Assembly (NCBI GenBank): GCA_963665665.1
Contig: OY762428.1
Span: forward strand, 64,001-128,000
DNA length: 64,000 bases
Direction of reading: 5' to 3'
Origin: Candidatus Kapaibacterium sp.
Lineage (GTDB): Bacteria > Bacteroidota > Ignavibacteria > Kapaibacteriales > UBA2268
Below the pieces are notes generated by a model that did not search any database, was not told where the DNA came from, and saw only the letters and a list, made by a program, of their open reading frames with translations. Numbering within the stretch: position 1 is the stretch's first letter; each line of letters opens with the position of its first letter. Positions 21,333 through 31,800 of this stretch are shown here, piece by piece. A program made the position numbers and the translations under genes.

Positions 21333-21773
21333 ATGCTGTACGTAACAAGACAAATGCGTTTTTCAGCAGCGCACAGACTTTTTAATCCCACTTATAATAA
21401 CGAAAAAAATGATGAAGTGTTCGATAAATGCAATAATTTCCACGGACACGGCCATAATTACACGCTTGAAGTAACTGTTGCAGGCAAACCTGACCCGGAA
21501 ACAGGATATGTTATCGACCTGAAAAAATTAAAAAAGATCATCAATGATAATATTATCGAAAAGGTTGACCATAAACATCTGAATTTTGATGTAGATTTTA
21601 TGAAGGGGATTATCCCTACAGTTGAAAACCTTGCAGTCAAATTCTGGGAAATTCTTGATAAACATATTGATTCCGGAAAATTGCAAAAAATAAAGCTTTT
21701 CGAATCGGAAACCAGCTTTGTGGAATATTTCGGCGAACCAACGGAAATTAAAATATTCGAACAGGATAGATAA
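21333..21773 (+). CDS. queD: 6-carboxytetrahydropterin synthase (PTPS/QueD)
   Basis: FSAAHRL, CNNFHGHGHNY, DHKHLN, PTVENLA and ESE motifs. Confidence 0.92.
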   Translation: MLYVTRQMRFSAAHRLFNPTYNNEKNDEVFDKCNNFHGHGHNYTLEVTVAGKPDPETGYVIDLKKLKKIINDNIIEKVDHKHLNFDVDFMKGIIPTVENLAVKFWEILDKHIDSGKLQKIKLFESETSFVEYFGEPTEIKIFEQDR

Positions 21774-21774
21774 A

Positions 21775-22500
21775 ATGGACAAAGAAATCAAAATTGTTAC
21801 AAGCAGCCACCTTAGCGATGATGAAATTGAAGAAGAGCTTAATTCCGGCAAAACAATTTATCCGGATATCAGCCCTGATGGTTTCAAGCTTTTTGATGCT
21901 AACGGCAACTATCCCCTAAGCTCCGAAGAAAAGCAGGAAATGACAATCAGGCTGGAAGAAAAATTCAAAGAAGTTCTTGAAATCCTGAGGATCAGCCTTA
22001 ACGATCCCAACTCTACACAAACACCGGCCCGGATGGCCAGGATGTATGTGAATGAATTGCTCACGGGCAGGTTCGACCCTCCCCCGAAACTTACTGTATT
22101 CCCAAACAGGAAAAAAGTTGATGAGCTTATCATTAGCAAAGGCATCGAGGTGATGTCCCTTTGCTCGCACCACTGGGAACCAATATCAGGCGAATGCGCG
22201 ATAGGATATATCCCCGGCGATTATGTTATAGGGCTTTCCAAGCTGTCAAGAATAACACACTGGTTTGCACGCAGGGGCCAGATACAGGAAGAACTTGGCG
22301 AGCAGATAGCCGACTACCTTGAAAATTTACTAAAACCCAAAGCACTTGGAGTTGTTATAAAAGCACGCCACTATTGCATGATAGCAAGGGGAGTAAAAGG
22401 CAGTGAAAGTAAATCATTAATGGTAACATCTGTTATGCGCGGATGGCTCCGGGATGAATTCAACCTGAGAAACGAATTCCTGAAACTGATAGATGAGTAA
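21775..22500 (+). CDS. folE: GTP cyclohydrolase I
   Basis: TPARMARMY, SLCSHH, GLSKLSR, QIQEEL and HYCMIARGV motifs; start placed at the ATG 1 nt after the queD stop. Confidence 0.93.
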   Translation: MDKEIKIVTSSHLSDDEIEEELNSGKTIYPDISPDGFKLFDANGNYPLSSEEKQEMTIRLEEKFKEVLEILRISLNDPNSTQTPARMARMYVNELLTGRFDPPPKLTVFPNRKKVDELIISKGIEVMSLCSHHWEPISGECAIGYIPGDYVIGLSKLSRITHWFARRGQIQEELGEQIADYLENLLKPKALGVVIKARHYCMIARGVKGSESKSLMVTSVMRGWLRDEFNLRNEFLKLIDE

Positions 22501-22627
22501 AACCGACTTAATGTGGTTTCTACATTCGGATTAATTCTTTTAAGAAATTCTTTAATTTTAGGAAATGCCTATACCTGATATTTACAATAGATAATAAATT
22601 GAATTATTAAACTTTGCGGGCTGCAAT

Positions 22628-24310
22628 ATGATATATGACATCAGGCAATCGATCAGGCATTTGAACAGGTATCAGGAAATTATCAGGATATTCATTAAAT
22701 ACGGTTTCTGGGATGTTATTTCGAAAATAAAAATCGGATTGATCCCCGACATAGCAAAGAAAATTATTCCACAATCCGAAGAAAAAGATATTTCTGCCCT
22801 GAGTACTCCCGTCAGGATCAGGATGGCTTTTGAAGAATTGGGCGCAACATTTATCAAACTGGGCCAAATGCTGAGTTCAAGGCCCGATATGATACCTCCG
22901 GAAATTGCACAGGAATTATCCGGCTTGCAGGACCAGGTTGCAGCCGAGGATTTTGTAAAGATAAAAGAAACCCTTGAAGCAGAATTGGGTGGCGTTCTTG
23001 ATGATATTTTCGATTCTTTCGACGAAAAAGCAATTGCAGCTGCTTCCATAGCCCAGGTTTATAAAGCAAAGATAAAAACCGGACAAACCGTTGCAGTTAA
23101 AATACTCAGATCAAATCTTAAAATAAAAATATCTACTGATATTGATATACTGAAGAACTTTGCAGCACTAATCGAAAAATATATACCTGAAAGCAGGCTT
23201 TATAATCCTTCAGGAATAGTTAAAGAGTTCGAGAAAACATTAAAAAAAGAACAGAACCTGGCATTGGAAGGAAGGAATATCGACACATTCAGAAATTATT
23301 CTGCCGATGATAAAACCATCAGGATACCAAAGGTATATTGGGACTATACAAGAGAAAAAATACTGGTAACAGAATTTATTAACGGCGTGAAAATTACTGA
23401 TTTCGGAAATATGAAAAATTCCGAATTAGACAGGCGCCAAATAGCCCTTAACTGCGCACAATCACTTTTAAAACAGATATTTGAGTATGGATTTTTTCAT
23501 GCCGACCCCCACCCAGGCAATCTTTTCGTTCTGCCAGGGAATATTATAGCTCCCGTTGATTTTGGTATGATGGGAAGAATCGACGAAGAAATGAAAGACG
23601 ACCTGCAAAACATTCTACGGGGAATAGTTGAAAAAGATGTTTACAGGATTACTCACGTTTTGCTTAAAATCGGTATGATCGAAGACAGAATTGACACAAG
23701 GGCCCTGCACAGGGATCTGCTGGATTATTTAGACAGGTATCACAGCATCCCGTTGAATAAACTCAATGCCTCAACAATACTGAATGAATTTATGGAAATA
23801 ATCCAGGAATTCCAGATCAAACTCCCCCCCGACCTTGTGATGATGGGGCGTGCACTGGTAATGGAAGAAGCAATCGGAGAAAAACTGGACCCGGAATTCA
23901 ACCTGTTTGAACTTCTTGTTCCTTACGCGCAGAAAACAATGCTCGAATCAATTAATCCACTGAACACCTACCGTAAAACTTTCAGGACAATTGAGCAAGG
24001 CGCGGCACTGATGAATGATCTGCCCGAAGACCTGAAATTTCTTATGAACAAACTAAAAAATGACAAATTAAAATTGAACCTTGAACACCTTGGTATAGAA
24101 AAATTATCAAGGGATATTGACAAATCCAGCAACCGGCTTTCATTTTCGCTGATAATTGCCGCCCTGATAATTGGTTCTTCATTAATAATCAGGGAAGGAA
24201 GCGGCCCCACAATATTCGATTACCCCGCATTTGGCATAATAGGGTATTCCCTGGCTTCAATTCTTGGGATATGGCTGATTATCAGCATACTCAGATCCGG
24301 AAAATTGTAA
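22628..24310 (+). CDS. ubiB: AarF/ABC1/UbiB family atypical kinase
   Basis: ELGATFIKLGQMLSSRPD, AAASIAQVYKA, VAVK, FFHADPHPGN, DFGMMG; two C-terminal TM helices. Confidence 0.88.
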   Translation: MIYDIRQSIRHLNRYQEIIRIFIKYGFWDVISKIKIGLIPDIAKKIIPQSEEKDISALSTPVRIRMAFEELGATFIKLGQMLSSRPDMIPPEIAQELSGLQDQVAAEDFVKIKETLEAELGGVLDDIFDSFDEKAIAAASIAQVYKAKIKTGQTVAVKILRSNLKIKISTDIDILKNFAALIEKYIPESRLYNPSGIVKEFEKTLKKEQNLALEGRNIDTFRNYSADDKTIRIPKVYWDYTREKILVTEFINGVKITDFGNMKNSELDRRQIALNCAQSLLKQIFEYGFFHADPHPGNLFVLPGNIIAPVDFGMMGRIDEEMKDDLQNILRGIVEKDVYRITHVLLKIGMIEDRIDTRALHRDLLDYLDRYHSIPLNKLNASTILNEFMEIIQEFQIKLPPDLVMMGRALVMEEAIGEKLDPEFNLFELLVPYAQKTMLESINPLNTYRKTFRTIEQGAALMNDLPEDLKFLMNKLKNDKLKLNLEHLGIEKLSRDIDKSSNRLSFSLIIAALIIGSSLIIREGSGPTIFDYPAFGIIGYSLASILGIWLIISILRSGKL

Positions 24311-24377
24311 TATTGATTATTCGATACTACTCAGCTAATATAATTTTATTCAGTTTCGATAAGAATAATTGCAAAAT

Positions 24378-24550
24378 TGTTATCCTGAGCGCCAGCGAAG
24401 AATCCGTTCCTAAATTGATAATTAATACTTTAAAATTAAAAGAAGCATATGTCCCCCGCTTGCGGGGATGCCCGAAGGCCGATGGTGGTTTCTTTTTTCA
24501 TAGCCTCCGGTCAGGGCATCATTATCCACGCGCTAAAGCACGTGGCAATG
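24378..24550. repeat. Mosaic palindromic (REP-like) cluster A
   Basis: TGTTATCCTGAGCGCCAGCGAAGAATCC, GTCCCCCGCTTGCGGGGATG and TTATCCACGCGCTAAAGCACGTGG modules, which recur in clusters B and/or C. Confidence 0.75.
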
Positions 24551-24713
24551 AGGGAATTACAATTAATTCTATTAGTTCAATAATATTACCCTGTATTAAT
24601 ATGCTGTGATTTTTTTCATTATCTATGAAAATTTGTTTGGAAAATAAATATATTAATTGTAAATTTATATTAATGACAAATTCAGAGTATAACCTGTGAG
24701 GAACAGAGGACTG

Positions 24714-24790
24714 TAATGTTAATGTTAATGTTAATGTTAATGTTAATGTTAATGTTAATGTTAATGTTAATGTTAATGTTAATGTTAATG
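24714..24790 (+). repeat. Perfect hexamer microsatellite (TAATGT), nearly 13 copies
   Basis: 77 bp uninterrupted, ending ~150 bp upstream of the Cys-rich gene. Confidence 0.97.
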
Positions 24791-24939
24791 CAAGAAAAAA
24801 ATTGATATAAAATAACCCTGCCGCAATGAAGATTTCTAATATAATACCTTTTACGCAACTTTAGGTATAATAAAAGAAAAGCTCCATTGAAAGTTGCGGG
24901 CAGGGTCTCATGTAACATTTATAATCTAAGGATTTTTCA

Positions 24940-25551
24940 ATGAAAAAACTAATCTTTTTATCCGTGTTTGTTTTGTTAATCTCAGCAGGAAGCTCAAATG
25001 TGTTTTCTCAGCCTCCTTGCCCTTATAATATGGTTCAAAAAACTTTTAATATTGGAGGGTGTGTTTATGATGTAAACTTGTGCGTAAACTGTAATCCCTT
25101 TAACAATATGGTTGAAGTTAAAGTATGGGGGTTCAACAAGTTAGATCCAAATTGCGATAACGGATTAACCTCAACTCAAGTTTTGGCAGAAATAAAGGAA
25201 CAGGTTAACCGAGCAGAAGTACTTAAAAATCTGTGTACAGAGGGATTCATGCCCTGCGACGGTTCAATGGGTTATTCATATTTCTATATAGCCATACCGA
25301 TTTGTTGGTTCAAATATAATATTAATGGAAATATTTATTATAACATCTGCTATAGTAGCCAAGACTTCTGCATCGAAATTTGGAAATGGTGTTATGATAA
25401 CAATACTGGTCAATATCAAAGAGAACTAGATAGAGAAGCATACCAAAACGGTTCATGGGAAGAGAGATGTTCCAATCCAGAACCTTTAGTTGATCCTCTA
25501 CCTGGAGAACAATCAAGTTGTTTTTATTTGAATACGGATTGTAATCCTTAA
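24940..25551 (+). CDS. Small secreted cysteine-rich protein (14 Cys), unknown function
   Basis: Signal peptide MKKLIFLSVFVLLISAG; 14 Cys in the mature part; AAGGA RBS-like motif upstream; hairpin downstream. Confidence 0.75.
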   Translation: MKKLIFLSVFVLLISAGSSNVFSQPPCPYNMVQKTFNIGGCVYDVNLCVNCNPFNNMVEVKVWGFNKLDPNCDNGLTSTQVLAEIKEQVNRAEVLKNLCTEGFMPCDGSMGYSYFYIAIPICWFKYNINGNIYYNICYSSQDFCIEIWKWCYDNNTGQYQRELDREAYQNGSWEERCSNPEPLVDPLPGEQSSCFYLNTDCNP

Positions 25552-25584
25552 TATGCTTGTATCTGACAACAGATATTTATTTAA

Positions 25585-25612
25585 GTGAAGGTAGTTTTCT
25601 GACTGCCTTCAC
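25585..25612 (+). terminator. Stem-loop (terminator or mRNA stabiliser) between the Cys-rich gene and the next gene
   Basis: GTGAAGGTAG-ttttctga-CTGCCTTCAC; weak U tail. Confidence 0.5.
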
Positions 25613-25643
25613 AAATTTAATTGAAAATCTCACGGAGTTATAA

Positions 25644-28316
25644 ATGATTCATATAATTAGATTAATAATGATATTCTTCATATCTCAATATGGTGCAAAT
25701 TATCTTTTTGCTTCAATAGAATTAACCCCGTCAAAAATAGATTTATACGGAATACAATGCGCCGGGGACACCCTATATACTTACGGAGATTTTGGCTCGC
25801 TGATGATAAGCCCGGGCGACGGTGAAACATGGAGACAGGTAAAAGCATTCGAATCAGGTGAAATTATTGGATTTTTTATAAACAGCGACAGCCTTACCGC
25901 ATTCAATGACCGTGGCCAGGCTGCTGTTTCAGATGACGGAGGTTATAGCTGGCGGCAGTCTGCCCTGCTGCCCGATTCGATTTTTTGCGTGATAAGCCGG
26001 CCCGGCGGGTGGTTTGTAAGAACAAGAGAATATATTGCTTCCGTAAATGAGAAATTCGAATTAGTAAATAAATTTGAAATAGATTCTCCCAGGCTGGATA
26101 TCCCTAATTATTTCCAATATAAATACTCCATGATTTATTTTAAAGACAGGCTTATTATTACCACTGATTCAACAGAAGTAATGCAATTTGACGGTGATCT
26201 GAATTTGCTGAATACTTTCTCTTTTTTCAAGCAAGGACTATGCAGCTCACATTTCTCTTGGCATCATATAGCTACAAACAAAGAGACATTTTACATAACT
26301 GCCGGAAAGAAAATTTTTAAAACAAACAAATTTCCGGAATTCAGCCTTTTGACAGAAAAAGGAGAATATTATTGGCGAATTAAAATTAATGGAAAGAACT
26401 TAATAAAAATTGAAGCATGGTTTAATTTTGGTATAAGAATGATATCCTTTGACCCGTCGGGAAAACAGGATACTATTCGTGAAATAAATTATTCCAACAG
26501 ACAACCGCCAAGATATGTATATGATTGTCTGCTCCGAAATAATGAAAATATTATTATTGGGGAAGAAAAATTTATATTCAAATCGCAAGCAAATGAAGAT
26601 ATTTTTATTTCAGAATTTTGCGACGTTATGCAATGGTCAGTACCTGATATGACAGGCAAAAACGAGTTCCTTATGATACCCGGTATGGATTTTCAAATTT
26701 ACTCCCCATACATTTACAAAAGTACAAACAACGGAATTACATGGCGTACGACGGTAGATACATCCTATTCGGATCTTTTTAAGAAATATAAAACTTTTTC
26801 ATTCAAATATTACGATACCTCTGATAAAAAATTGTTCATTGGTACAGGAATATACGACAATCCCACGGGAGACGTTCTTATTAGCGACGAAAATGCCCGT
26901 TTTTTTGAATTCAAACCGCTGCAATATTTTACATTGGGTTATGGTTTTATAGATGATATTTTCAAAGTTGGTTATGTTCCGGACCCCGTACCTACAACTA
27001 CAGGTTACGCGGCTCTATGTCATACGTATTACAAAAATATTTATTACCCTAACGTATTTACTTACGATAAAGATTTTAACCTGGAAAGCCGCTTTATTGA
27101 TACAGGTTATGTAAGCAGCTACATACACCTGAAGGATACAAACAATTTTCTGCTCCACTGCGTAAACATGAGCGAATACACGCACGAAATAAAATATACC
27201 ACCGACAGGGGAAAGAACTGGACAATGCTTAAAAAATACAGGCGTTACGATTCTCTTCAATACTGGAAAAATTTTAATTTTAAAGGCGAAAAGATTACAG
27301 CATTCTTCCATTTCTGCTACGATGATTCGATTGCCACCCTTGAATTTCTATATCCTGAAGACTTTTCGGAAATACATATCGATAAGATATATTCTTACAA
27401 GATAAATTCATGGGGTTATCAGCCCAAGGCCTGCAGTGCGATTGAAATGGCAGGCGACACCATGCTGCTTGCCATAAACGACACGCTTTTCCGCTTTACT
27501 GATCCTTATGACCGGGAAAGTTGGGAATATATGCTTTTGCCCGACAATGGTAAAATCTTGAGGACATTGAAGAAGTTCGACGACCGATTTTATATTCATT
27601 ACATGGACGACAATCATCCTGATGCTGCCTATTGGATGACCCTGGACTTTGAAGCGGATTTGAAGGAAGCTGAAATTCAGGCGGGCGATACAGATTTTGA
27701 AACATTTGATATATCTGATGCCGAATACCCGACGGCGAAAATAAGCATAGAAAATCTATCTCCGGACAGCAACCTGGAAATATATGGAATTGATCAAGCA
27801 AAGGAATCAATATTTAGTTTGCAAAATATTGCTCCTGATTCGCTGAACCCGTTCGTGATAGAGCCATTGGAACACAGGGATATAAACATTGCTGTCAGCC
27901 CGGATTCGGCCGGTATATACCGGGACAGCATTTATTTCGAATCCAATGCTCCCGACGGGAAAGCCTGGTCAATACTCCGGACAGATATTACGGACACAAT
28001 TGATACCGGAATTGATTTTGATATTGAAGTTATTGATTACCTTGCTGTTTCCAAACCCTACCCTTCGCCTGCAACTAATAATATTACATTTATGACCTAT
28101 TGGGACCTGAACAGCGACATTGAAAAAGACCAACTGGTTATTTCTGATATCCTTGGCAATCAGATAGGCGGATGGGCAGACGTGACATTAAACAAAACAG
28201 CACCGTATAAAGGGTATATAAACTGGCATTGTTCCAATGTACCTTCAGGAATTTATATTATCAGGATACAAAGAAAATCAGTTGTTAAATCCGTAAAAGT
28301 AGTTGTATATCATTGA
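25644..28316 (+). CDS. Secreted beta-propeller (BNR/Asp-box-like) protein with Ig-like domain and T9SS-type C-terminal domain
   Basis: Asp-box motifs SPGDGETW, SDDGGYSW, STNNGITW, TTDRGKNW; C-terminus PYPSPA...PSGIYIIRI...KVVVYH. Confidence 0.7.
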   Translation: MIHIIRLIMIFFISQYGANYLFASIELTPSKIDLYGIQCAGDTLYTYGDFGSLMISPGDGETWRQVKAFESGEIIGFFINSDSLTAFNDRGQAAVSDDGGYSWRQSALLPDSIFCVISRPGGWFVRTREYIASVNEKFELVNKFEIDSPRLDIPNYFQYKYSMIYFKDRLIITTDSTEVMQFDGDLNLLNTFSFFKQGLCSSHFSWHHIATNKETFYITAGKKIFKTNKFPEFSLLTEKGEYYWRIKINGKNLIKIEAWFNFGIRMISFDPSGKQDTIREINYSNRQPPRYVYDCLLRNNENIIIGEEKFIFKSQANEDIFISEFCDVMQWSVPDMTGKNEFLMIPGMDFQIYSPYIYKSTNNGITWRTTVDTSYSDLFKKYKTFSFKYYDTSDKKLFIGTGIYDNPTGDVLISDENARFFEFKPLQYFTLGYGFIDDIFKVGYVPDPVPTTTGYAALCHTYYKNIYYPNVFTYDKDFNLESRFIDTGYVSSYIHLKDTNNFLLHCVNMSEYTHEIKYTTDRGKNWTMLKKYRRYDSLQYWKNFNFKGEKITAFFHFCYDDSIATLEFLYPEDFSEIHIDKIYSYKINSWGYQPKACSAIEMAGDTMLLAINDTLFRFTDPYDRESWEYMLLPDNGKILRTLKKFDDRFYIHYMDDNHPDAAYWMTLDFEADLKEAEIQAGDTDFETFDISDAEYPTAKISIENLSPDSNLEIYGIDQAKESIFSLQNIAPDSLNPFVIEPLEHRDINIAVSPDSAGIYRDSIYFESNAPDGKAWSILRTDITDTIDTGIDFDIEVIDYLAVSKPYPSPATNNITFMTYWDLNSDIEKDQLVISDILGNQIGGWADVTLNKTAPYKGYINWHCSNVPSGIYIIRIQRKSVVKSVKVVVYH

Positions 28317-28356
28317 GTTACATAATTTTATAGATAGTACCACAAAAATATAAATT

Positions 28357-28766
28357 TGTCATCCTGAGCGCCAGCGAAGGATCCGTTCTTTATACATTCC
28401 CCCTCATTACGAAGTTGTAATTCGTAATGCAGTTTTCTTTTGAAGCTGAGCTTCTCTATTTCAAAGTAGAACTTTGCAGGAAAAATTCATTCCCAAGTAC
28501 AACTTGGGAAGGAGGGAAAATCACCTGTCCCCCGCTGGCGGGGGTGTCCGAAGGACGGGGGTGGATTTCCGGAAAATTCCCCTCGTTGAGGGGTGGCGAG
28601 CGCAGCGAGTTCCCGACACGTCGGGACAGGCTGGGGTGGTTTCTTTTTCCGATTGAAGTTATTATAGTTTGTGTATTGTCACTCTGAGCGCAGCGAAGAG
28701 TCCATTCTTCAAGATTTTCTGCTATTTTGTATGGATTCTTCGGTCGCTTCGCTTTCTCAGAATGAC
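28357..28766. repeat. Mosaic palindromic (REP-like) cluster B between convergent genes
   Basis: Modules TGTCATCCTGAGCGCCAGCGAAGG, TTCCCAAGTACAACTTGGGAA, GTCCCCCGCTGGCGGGGG, CCCCTCGTTGAGGGGTGG and a ~90-bp hairpin GTCACTCTGAG...CTCAGAATGAC. Confidence 0.8.
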
Positions 28767-28826
28767 CGCTTTATACAATTTTTTCAGATTTTCAAAGTTC
28801 AGCTGAATAGTAACTTTTCGTTTAAA

Positions 28827-31800
28827 TTACTCCACAACCACCTTGTCATAATAAATGCCGGTGGCGGTTTTCAGGATGAGGAAGTAGAGGCCTGAGGACA
28901 GTTCCTGAATGTTTATTTTAATTTTGTCTTTGCTGTTGAGGGGATGTTCGCGGAGGAGCTTGCCCTGCGAATCGTATATTTCAAGGCTCTGCGGATTGGA
29001 GATGTCGCCGCTGAGGTTGATTTCGATTTGGCCTGTTGCAGGGTTGGGACAGGCTGTGATGCCGGGGATTGCGAAAGTGGATATTGCCCGCAAGTCGCCG
29101 ATGCAGATTTCTTCAACTTTCAGAAAGCCGTTTTGGGTGGAATTGTCGATATAGGGGCTGTCCCACTCGAAGCTGTTTATTTTTAATTCGCATTCGCGAA
29201 TGTCGGACAGCAGCAGGCCGCCGGATAGTTCCGCTATTGCCTGCTCGCCTTTGCTAAGGCTGATATTTTCTCCCGATATACTTAAAATTCGCTCTCTGCC
29301 GGATTTTTCATTGCTGAGAATGGTTGCGTTGTCAATGCCGGTAAGGTCGTACAGATAAGCGTCAAGGCTGATCTCGGCGGTGTAGGACAATCCGCTTATA
29401 TCCTCGGTGGAATTCAGGCTTACCATTAACGGGATGCGGAAATCAGGATCGCCTATAGTTCCTATTGTTTCGGGGAAGAAAATCAGGTTTTCATGTTTTA
29501 CTATACCGGATATATCAATAGTATCCCGATATTCGCAGAATGGGCCGGCAAACTTCAGGTATATTTTATCATCATAATCTCCTGCAATGCCTGAGAATAA
29601 AGATACAGTCAGCATTTCAGAATTACCTGTGTTAATTTTCCTTCCTGTCAGGTCGGGAGCAATAGAAAATTCGGCTGCATTTTCAAGGCTGATTTCTTCT
29701 ATTGTAAAATCATATTCGCCGGTATTCTTTATTTCGATTTGTTCTGTTGCGTTTTCGCTGATTCTTGCCGAAACCGAGACGGATTCAGGAATTTCGTAAA
29801 GTATTGTGTATCTTTCACCTTGCAGCTCTGTAATGAATTCCACTTCAACCATATCGATCAATATTATATTTCGAGCCTGTGCTGTCTTCGGGCCGTTTGT
29901 GGATGATTCGGGAGTGAAAATGACTTTCTCAATGATGGAATTTCCTGGCTGAATTTCAATATTTTCATAACTATCTTCGAATGAAAACAGCTCTTTATCA
30001 GTTCCCTGAATTTCCCCGGAAAGTAGTGTTAGCGGTAGTTTACCGGTGTTTTTAATCTCAATATCCATCGTTTTGGACTGGCAGAATTCCGTTTCATTAT
30101 AATTGCAAATGGGAGTTACCTCAACGGAGGATTTTATGCCAGTAGCGTCAATTCTGAAAGCCACTGTATCAGGGCAGGGGCCTTGAATTATGATCTGCGG
30201 CCATGCAGAATAATCGATTGCGTCAGCCAGGTTGATAGTTGCTTCTATTTCATAATCTTCACCAGCAGGGATAGTAAATGATTGTGGCTGAATTTCCAGC
30301 CAGTCATGGTTCTCAATTATTTCGGATATTGTTAGTTCGAAGCCGTTGTGGTTGGTGAGTACACATTTCAAAGTTGAATTGCGGTTTATTCCCACATTGC
30401 CGAAGGAAATATTCTCAGCAGTGAGGTTCACGGACTCGGTCTCGCCACGAAGCCGGACAGTACGGAATCCCTCCTCCGGGTGGTCGGTTTTGATCCTCAG
30501 TTCGCCAGTTTTTAGTCCGTCTGGAGCTTGTGGGGTAAAGCGTATCACATAAAATGCGGTGTCGAGAAAATCAAGGACTGTCCCCAATGGCGTTGCCGAA
30601 ACAATTTCAAAATCATCTTTATTCTTCAGGTATGCTTCGTCAAGAAGTTTAACCGGGGCGCCGCCGCAGTTCACAAGCCTGACGGTATCTAACGGAGTCT
30701 TGCAGTCCGCCACAAAGCCGTAATCAATATCGTTGGCAGCAAGTTCATAACGCAGGGTTATAGTATGCAGTTTCACAAAACCGTCGATTGGGCAGGCCTC
30801 GCCAATCTTTTGTGTTTCAACAGAAAGGGTATCAAAATATTCCTTTTCGGCTGTGCCCTGGACTGTCATTGTAACTATCATGCTGTCGCCGGGAATGAGG
30901 ACTGCCGGTATTGCCGGGTCTGTTTCAGTGATCCTGAATGGCAGATCGAACTCATTTAAGTCGCTGATGTAGAGGTCTGAAGTTCCGGTATTGTGGATAG
31001 TGAATGTCTTCTCGGGACGTTTCCCGAACTTCACATACCCGAAGTCAATATCATTGCTAATCTCCATTCCCGGCTCAACGACGAGGGCTTTTATCAGTAG
31101 GGAGTCCATTATAGCATCGTCTTCATTGCAGTAAATGTACATCATTGTTTCAATCGGCCCGGTTTTGTCCGGGGCAACATGTATTCTAACGCCAAGCGTA
31201 TCATTCCAGAAAAGCGAGTCCCCGCGCATGTATCCGCCGGAAAAATGCTCATTATCCTCGAAAACCGGCGGCTTAAGATGCAGGCCGAAATCCGAGAAAT
31301 TCTTAACTGCCGCAAAGCCTGTTTTCGTATCGCCAAGGCATATTTTACCAAGATCAAGGGTATCAAACTGCTCTTCAATATCTTTATCGTAAATCTCAAA
31401 ATTAATTCTCTCAACGGTAAATTTTGCGAGGAATGCTGGATGGCCGGGTACCTGGTAATCTGTATTTACAGGTGAATAATATTTTTCTAATTTACCAGGG
31501 GTGTTGCCACCAATACATAAAGTATTAGGTGGTTTGAATTTAGTTGAATAGGCATAATCATTAATGTTAGATTCATTAACTCCAAACTGGTATTCCCATA
31601 AAATCATCCCGCTGGGATCTATCTTTTTAATCAAAACATCATGATTATCTTCTTTACTTGTTAGTGTCAGTAGTGCAACATAGGCGTTGCCATATTGATC
31701 AACTGAATTTATTTGAAATTCATGCACCGGATCAACATCAAAAATTGACATTGGCGGATGTATAATATTATAGATAATATTTCCGTCCTTATCCATTTTT

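Noticed and set aside
24271-24918. ORFs 24271..24609 and 24682..24918 (poly-NI)
   Set aside because: Read-through of the palindromic cluster and the microsatellite; no protein-like features.
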